Of a stretch of DNA of 63,483 nt, positions 58,026 to 63,483 are shown piece after piece; the stretch's first letter is position 1; every line of letters starts with the position of its first letter. The position numbers were made by a program, and so were the translations under genes. The notes beneath the pieces were generated by a model that had not been told where the DNA came from, did no database searches, and saw only the letters and a program-made list of their open reading frames with translations. The stretch comes from an uncultured virus (IMG/VR IMGVR_UViG_3300022926_000002). Taxonomy: Duplodnaviria > Heunggongvirae > Uroviricota > Caudoviricetes. The DNA lies in IMG/VR virus record IMGVR_UViG_3300022926_000002; one strand, given 5' to 3'.

Positions 58026-58793
58026 ATGTCTTTTAACATATCAAAATTTAAATCAAATATGGACCGTTACGGTGGACCTGCTCATACCTCATTATTTGAA
58101 GTTCAAATCATACCACCTGGTGTTAGAATTGAATCAGGATTAACACCAAGAGAACTTACATTCTTTTGTAAAACTGCCGCGGTACCAGGTTTAACTGTAA
58201 GAACAGAAACACTTGAACAGATTGGCCAATTGCCAAAACAGTTTCCCGTAGGAATGGATAACCAACAATTTAATACAATCTTTATGCTTGACTCCGACCA
58301 TGCTGTTGTGAGTTATTTCCATTCATGGATACAGTCAGTTGTAAATTACGGTTCAAAAGGTGGAAGCTTTGCCGAGGTTGATGGGCAACTGCCGTATGAG
58401 GTGGGATACAAAGATGAGTATTCATGCCGAATGATTATCAAATATTATTCAACACGTGGCAAAATTGAAACTTATTATGAAACAATTCTTGACGGATGTT
58501 ATCCAACAATCATTGGTGATATTGATTTGGCGTGGGAAAACAATGACAGCTTTGGCACATTACCTGTTGCGTTTGCATACGATCGCATTGCATTTAGTGG
58601 AGAAAAGGTTGGTTTGGTTGGAACACTTGAACGGTTTGGACGAGGTGCAGGATTGTTATCATTACTCGAATCAGTAGGAAGCATTGGTCAAACAATTCAA
58701 CAAGGTTTAAGACCTGTTGGTATTCAAGATGCAATTAATAAGTTTACTAAAGTAAGAAGCGATTTCGATAATATATCAAAAATATTTAGATAA
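58026..58793 (+). CDS. gp54: Tail tube initiator gp54 (tube-fold protein)
   Basis: LFEVQI, FFCKTAAVPG, YPTIIGDIDLAW...LPVAFAY; position between gp2 and gp26. Confidence 0.7.
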   Translation: MSFNISKFKSNMDRYGGPAHTSLFEVQIIPPGVRIESGLTPRELTFFCKTAAVPGLTVRTETLEQIGQLPKQFPVGMDNQQFNTIFMLDSDHAVVSYFHSWIQSVVNYGSKGGSFAEVDGQLPYEVGYKDEYSCRMIIKYYSTRGKIETYYETILDGCYPTIIGDIDLAWENNDSFGTLPVAFAYDRIAFSGEKVGLVGTLERFGRGAGLLSLLESVGSIGQTIQQGLRPVGIQDAINKFTKVRSDFDNISKIFR

Positions 58794-58810
58794 TAAGAGA
58801 GAGATAAATT

Positions 58811-59512
58811 ATGACACTACCAAAAATTGATTTGCCGATTTATGAGATGGAATTGCCATCAACCGGTGAAACTATCAAGTACCGTCCCTTCACGGTTAAA
58901 GAAGAAAAGATTCTATTAGTTGCTCAAGCATCTAAAGATAGTACACAAGAAATGGTTGCATCAAAGCAAATTGTAAATAACTGTTTGATTGACTATGATG
59001 TTAATAAATTAGCAATGTTTGATCTTGAGCTTATTCTATTAACATTGAGATCAAAATCCGTTGATAACTTAATTGAAATGCAGATCACTGATCCTGAGAC
59101 AGAAGAAACTGTTGATATTTCAATTGATTTAATGGACACTGAAATTATTAAAAATGATAAGCATACTAACAAAGTTAGGATCAATGAAGATTACACATTA
59201 ATTTTAAAGTATCCTTCGATTGATGAGTATATTAAGATTACTGAAATGGACGAAGAGGATCCATTGGTATCATATCAAATTATGGTTTCCTGTTTGGATA
59301 AAGTTGCATCGGAAGATGAAGTTTATGAGTTTTCAAAGTATTCACAAAAAGAAATAGATCAATTCATGGAAGATGTGACAACCCCGGTCGTTGACGGTAT
59401 TAGACTATTTTTTGAAACAATGCCAAAAATAAGACACACTAAAACATACAAGAATAAAAACGGTGACACTAAAAACTTTGTAATAGAAGGAATGCGAAGT
59501 TTTTTTACATAA
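58811..59512 (+). CDS. gp26: Baseplate hub assembly protein gp26
   Basis: LPKIDLPIYEMELPSTGETIKYRPFTVKEEKILL...FDLE...LRSKSV...LKYPS...FFETMPK...IEGMRSFF. Confidence 0.9.
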   Translation: MTLPKIDLPIYEMELPSTGETIKYRPFTVKEEKILLVAQASKDSTQEMVASKQIVNNCLIDYDVNKLAMFDLELILLTLRSKSVDNLIEMQITDPETEETVDISIDLMDTEIIKNDKHTNKVRINEDYTLILKYPSIDEYIKITEMDEEDPLVSYQIMVSCLDKVASEDEVYEFSKYSQKEIDQFMEDVTTPVVDGIRLFFETMPKIRHTKTYKNKNGDTKNFVIEGMRSFFT

Positions 59513-59676
59513 TGTTGTGCCATTCATCACTGAGCGAATATTACCAAACGATGTTTGCTCTGGTACAACATCATAAGTATTCTATATCAGATATTGAAAG
59601 TTTGGTACCGTATGAAAAAGAATTATATTTTACAATGTTAATTGAGTTCATGGAAAAGCAAAACGAGAATAGGTAA
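59512..59676 (+). CDS. gp51: gp51-like baseplate hub assembly protein, 54 aa (not in ORF track)
   Basis: Manual translation MLCHSSLSEYYQTMFALVQHHKYSISDIESLVPYEKELYFTMLIEFMEKQNENR; FALVQHHKYS...E...PYE motif; TAATG overlap with gp26. Confidence 0.85.
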   Translation: MLCHSSLSEYYQTMFALVQHHKYSISDIESLVPYEKELYFTMLIEFMEKQNENR

Positions 59677-59681
59677 GAAAC

Positions 59682-61808
59682 ATGGCTAGAGAATATTCCA
59701 AAGATACAGAAGCAATCATTCAAAGGCTTAGGGATGAAGGTGACCTGATCCGTAATAGTGGAACAAATTCATTAAAATCAGTCAGTTCAAAACTCGACAA
59801 GTTTGGTGATGTTTTCAAATCAATTAACAATGGAATACAAGCTCAAAGCGTAATGCTAAAGCAAGCACAAGGTATTGCGGAAGAACAATACGAGTACACA
59901 AAAAGACAACAGGAATTTGATGATTTAAAATCAGAAAAGCTTTCTGATGATACTCGTAAGAATGCCGAAGCCCGTGACGCAAAATTAATTGACGGTGTTA
60001 CAAAAGCATTTAACTTAGGTAACCTTACCAAATTACTTGCAGGTGGTGCAGGACTTGCTGCCGCAGGCCTTATAGGTAAAGGGTTTATGGATGAAAGATT
60101 TCCTAATGCATTTGACGGTATCAAAGATACAGTAGCGGACTTGCGAGGAACTATTGACGGTATGAACCAGGCAGCCGCTGAATTAACACGAACCGTTAAT
60201 GAAATAAAAACAGATATTCAAAAATTTAAAGATGCTGTACCATGGGAAGCCCTTGCGATCACACTTGCAGGACTTGCCCTTCTTCCATCAAGAGCAGGTC
60301 GGTTTGGCTTTGGTCTTGCCGCAGGTGCTGCTACTGGTGCATATAAAGTATTTAAGGGTGCAAGGCAAGGTGATGCTGGTTTAGCACAAGCGAAGGCAAT
60401 TAAAGAAGCACAAGAGCGAGCAGCGAAAGAAGCAGCAGAAGCAGCGGCAAAAGAAGCAGCAGAAGTTGCAGCAAAGCAAGCAGCGGAAGCGGCGGCTAAG
60501 AAAGCAGCTCAAACTGCTGCATCTGATGATAAGTTAATTGCTATCGCGGCGGAGCAGGCAGCAAAAGTTGCAAGTGAAGAAGCAGCAGAAGCAGCGGCAA
60601 AACGTACGGCGGCAATCTCAGCATCAGTCGCATTGCAACAAGCAGCATATGCTGATGCCGCTGGTCCTAATAGATATAGAATTCAACCACCGTCATTACC
60701 TCACCCTGGCAAAATGTTTACAGCACCGGGTCAAATGGCCGCGCCTAATATTAATATTACAGAAACACCTTCTGGTTTTATTTATCAAGATATGGATAAT
60801 AATAATAGGTTTATGCCAAGGGATGTGGCGCAACAACGATTATCAGCTGCAGGATTTGGACCTGACGGTTTACCAAATTATGGTAAGGCGCCTCGACAAC
60901 CACGTGTCGGCCCAAGGGGTGGGGATGCTGGTTTAGCAGAGGCACGAAGAATGTTGCAAGTTGGAGAAAAGCAGGGTGCAGAACTTTTAGCAAATGCTGA
61001 CCGAGGTTTGATGAAAAAAATGGTAGCATCTGAAACCACTAAAATCGCGGTAAAATGGATTCCCGCTGTTGGTGCAGTTATAGGTCTTGGGTTTGTAGCA
61101 TATAGTCTTATAATAGGAGATTATACAACCGCCGGTTTAGAATCAGTCGGTGTGGCAATGCCTAGTATTACTGGTATTGCTGCTGATATCGCCGCAGCTA
61201 CTACTTCAATATTTTTCCATGTTGGAGGAGTAGGTCCTTATAACCAATTCAACCCAGCACACCGTGCACTGTATATGGAAATTGCTGCGATGTTACGAGA
61301 TTCAGTTGATAAGTATATGGAAGATAAAGCAAGGGCAAGAGCAGAACGAGCAGCACAACCTTCCCAATGGGAACTCTTAGCAAGAGAAGCAGAAATTAAA
61401 GGTGGCAATGCTCGTATTGCAAGTCAAGCAACTTATTATGAAAAAAATGAAAGTGGAGGATTTTTGGGATTGCGCCGTTATTCAGTATTTAATGCTGCAG
61501 GACAATTTGTTCGTTATTCACGTACAAAACCTGAAGGTACTACATCTATGGATGGTTTCCGTATTAATCAAGCAAGGAATACTAGTTACCCATCAGCACA
61601 GCGCCAAATGGCACGAGCACAAATGGTTGCAGCAGGTGCAATAGGCACAGGCGGACAATATAACATCCATATGGGTGATACCGTTAACGCCCCAATGAAT
61701 TATACTGAAGGTTCTAAGTCACAGGCAAATGTTAGAATGAACGGTACAAGTCTGCACGGCGGTGCTACCGATGATCCGTTTAATAATTTGCCACCAGGTA
61801 TTAACTAA
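59682..61808 (+). CDS. Probable tape measure / gp29-like hub protein
   Basis: Follows gp26-gp51; helical and Ala-rich with AAKEAAE repeats and hydrophobic Gly/Ala segments (WIPAVGAVIGLGF). Assignment is by position and composition. Confidence 0.55.
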   Translation: MAREYSKDTEAIIQRLRDEGDLIRNSGTNSLKSVSSKLDKFGDVFKSINNGIQAQSVMLKQAQGIAEEQYEYTKRQQEFDDLKSEKLSDDTRKNAEARDAKLIDGVTKAFNLGNLTKLLAGGAGLAAAGLIGKGFMDERFPNAFDGIKDTVADLRGTIDGMNQAAAELTRTVNEIKTDIQKFKDAVPWEALAITLAGLALLPSRAGRFGFGLAAGAATGAYKVFKGARQGDAGLAQAKAIKEAQERAAKEAAEAAAKEAAEVAAKQAAEAAAKKAAQTAASDDKLIAIAAEQAAKVASEEAAEAAAKRTAAISASVALQQAAYADAAGPNRYRIQPPSLPHPGKMFTAPGQMAAPNINITETPSGFIYQDMDNNNRFMPRDVAQQRLSAAGFGPDGLPNYGKAPRQPRVGPRGGDAGLAEARRMLQVGEKQGAELLANADRGLMKKMVASETTKIAVKWIPAVGAVIGLGFVAYSLIIGDYTTAGLESVGVAMPSITGIAADIAAATTSIFFHVGGVGPYNQFNPAHRALYMEIAAMLRDSVDKYMEDKARARAERAAQPSQWELLAREAEIKGGNARIASQATYYEKNESGGFLGLRRYSVFNAAGQFVRYSRTKPEGTTSMDGFRINQARNTSYPSAQRQMARAQMVAAGAIGTGGQYNIHMGDTVNAPMNYTEGSKSQANVRMNGTSLHGGATDDPFNNLPPGIN

Positions 61809-63198
61809 ATATCTTTTTAATTTGGTTATCAATTGCAGTTTGCGGATCATTAATATATTGGTTTATATTAAATAGATCTTTAAGCTCATTCAGGATTTCA
61901 ATCCTTACTGAATCATTATCGTTAAAATATTTAATTCTTTCATCAATATCCCACGCATTAGCGACTAACAATTTTTCTTGAATATGTTTAGGTATTTGTA
62001 AACAATCAGGATCATATTGTGGATCAAGAAATGGTACAATATCGGAATAGGCATATAGTACAGGTCTAAAGTTTAGTGAGTCATTAATTGACACGCATCT
62101 AAAAATCATTCCATACTTATATCTTTTTGTTTTATCATTGACCTCGGACGGAAGCAATGCTTCTTTATAATTTTTATGTTCTATAACATTATTATATAGT
62201 TCTGTAAATGCAGCAGTTTCTTTAAGAGTTGTTTCCGCTCGTTCTGATCTACCGTCCTTTGATTTATTAACACCATTCTTTCTTAATGGAATATAATAAG
62301 AACAATCATCGGATTTGACATCCTTTAGAAACTTATCCCAAATAAATCTCCTACTGCCTTTGTCCTGAAATAACGTACCGGCAAAAAACATATTATGAGT
62401 TTTCTTAACTTCATCATCAAAGAAACTATCGAGTGTTTTTGGTTTAAATTTTTCATCATAGATAATATGCTGTAATTGTGATATATCAAGTTGTTGAAAG
62501 TTTCTTGTACCACGTGTATCATCGGCAAAATAAAACAGTTTCGTTTTAATTCCCATTTTATCAAAGTACGGTGTATAGATTGCAGGATCAATTGAAAAGG
62601 CAATCAATTCTTTATTCAATTTATTTACTTTATTGATATATCCAATACACTCCATAAACCAAAAGTAATCTTTTGTACTAAACGCATATGGTGATACACG
62701 CTTATCCCAATTAGAAGTCATATCGGTATTCATTTCATCAATTTTTTGCATTATATCAGAATCAGTACCAATATAATCAAAGAATTCGTTTTGCATATTA
62801 TGTAGGAATTCAGAATAATCTTTACCACAAAACTTTTGTAATGGCAGCCTAAAGAAATCATCAGTACCTAAAATGATGTGGTCAACAACAGGTAAATCAA
62901 CAAAACTATCATCCAACCAAGAACGCATTGTAATTGCATTCTTTTCCTTATAGTCAGGTCCGTTACCTTCTTTTCTTAAAAGACTATCGGTAGCACTACG
63001 TTGGAGTTCATAGTAATTATCAGTGAGGCCGCAACCTGCACCGATTGTAATAATATTATATTTGTCTTTAATGTTTTCTTTTACAATACGAGCTGGGCCG
63101 TAGATGTGCGTATAGGAATTATGATTTCCTTTATCCATAAAAATAACGGTTGGTTTACTCTCATCAATAATAAGATTACCCATCAATTTAAAAATCAT
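61801..63198 (-). CDS. Putative GT-B glycosyltransferase, DNA beta-glucosyltransferase-like
   Basis: C-terminal NDSLNFRP...SDIVPFLDPQYD...VANAWDIDERIKYF...RIEILNEL resembles the T4 BGT C-terminal domain as recalled; MFFAGT Rossmann-like strand. Confidence 0.45.
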   Translation of the reverse strand: MIFKLMGNLIIDESKPTVIFMDKGNHNSYTHIYGPARIVKENIKDKYNIITIGAGCGLTDNYYELQRSATDSLLRKEGNGPDYKEKNAITMRSWLDDSFVDLPVVDHIILGTDDFFRLPLQKFCGKDYSEFLHNMQNEFFDYIGTDSDIMQKIDEMNTDMTSNWDKRVSPYAFSTKDYFWFMECIGYINKVNKLNKELIAFSIDPAIYTPYFDKMGIKTKLFYFADDTRGTRNFQQLDISQLQHIIYDEKFKPKTLDSFFDDEVKKTHNMFFAGTLFQDKGSRRFIWDKFLKDVKSDDCSYYIPLRKNGVNKSKDGRSERAETTLKETAAFTELYNNVIEHKNYKEALLPSEVNDKTKRYKYGMIFRCVSINDSLNFRPVLYAYSDIVPFLDPQYDPDCLQIPKHIQEKLLVANAWDIDERIKYFNDNDSVRIEILNELKDLFNINQYINDPQTAIDNQIKKIFS

Positions 63199-63215
63199 TT
63201 ATCACCTCACATAGT

Positions 63216-63241
63216 AAAAGAAAGGGACCGAAGCCCCTTTC
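63216..63241 (-). terminator. Rho-independent terminator with cUUCGg tetraloop
   Basis: Minus strand reads GAAAGGGGC-TTCG-GTCCCTTTC-TTTT, 10 nt after the 72-aa gene stop. UUCG loops are typical of T4-like terminators. Confidence 0.88.
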
Positions 63242-63250
63242 AGTCATTTT

Positions 63251-63469
63251 TTAATCTTTATTTGAGACAAACGAGTACATTTCTGTAGCTTTTTTCGTAA
63301 GTTCCTCGACTGAATATAACTCAGTCATTTTTTGATATTCTTCAAATTGAATTTGTCCTAATTCAAACATCTTAGCTGCGTAATGATGGTTAGTTTCATG
63401 GATTTGATCCATATACTCTTTAGCCATTTGCAACATATCGGCACGAATTTCAAAAGGATTTTTACTCAT
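63251..63469 (-). CDS. Small hypothetical phage protein, 72 aa
   Basis: Clean ORF KNPFEIRADMLQMAKEY...KKATEMYSFVS, with AAGG upstream and its own terminator. Confidence 0.75.
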   Translation of the reverse strand: MSKNPFEIRADMLQMAKEYMDQIHETNHHYAAKMFELGQIQFEEYQKMTELYSVEELTKKATEMYSFVSNKD

Positions 63470-63483
63470 TATTTCATTACCTT

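Noticed and set aside
1..63483. tRNA, rRNA or structured ncRNA genes
   Set aside because: Intergenic gaps are at most about 110 nt and hold only promoters, terminators or ribosome-binding sites; no cloverleaf was seen.

Overview
A 63.5-kb piece of a large T4-like (contractile-tailed) phage genome, almost all late structural genes; the host cannot be determined from this window. The right part holds the baseplate/tail core. On the minus strand, reading leftward: gp48, a split gp53, a gp27-like hub, gp5, an M15-peptidase protein, gp25, gp6, gp7, a gp9/10-like protein, an S8 protease, gp8 and VrlC/DUF4815. On the plus strand: gp4, gp2, gp54, gp26, gp51 and a probable tape measure. A GT-B glycosyltransferase-like gene and a small gene lie at the far right. 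The left 35 kb is an expanded set of fibre/appendage genes. It includes a >2859-aa ORF missed by the ORF track (GTG at 8578, runs off the window) made of about 20 modules joined by one conserved linker. T4 late promoters (TATAAATA) and two intrinsic terminators delimit transcription units. Most striking: (1) a 3666-aa protein with 11 helical repeats carrying C-x-R-D, resembling the bilin-attachment site of phycobiliproteins, interleaved with nine His/Cys beta-repeats, in one transcription unit with a Gly-X-Gln collagen fibre bearing a possible type-1 copper site; (2) the linker-and-cassette giant fibre; (3) a probable -1 frameshift fusing gp26 and gp51 just before the tape measure; (4) a ~310-aa domain inserted inside an S8 protease; (5) gp53 split by an in-frame TAA TAA ATG. 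All family calls come from motif recognition by eye, not database searches.
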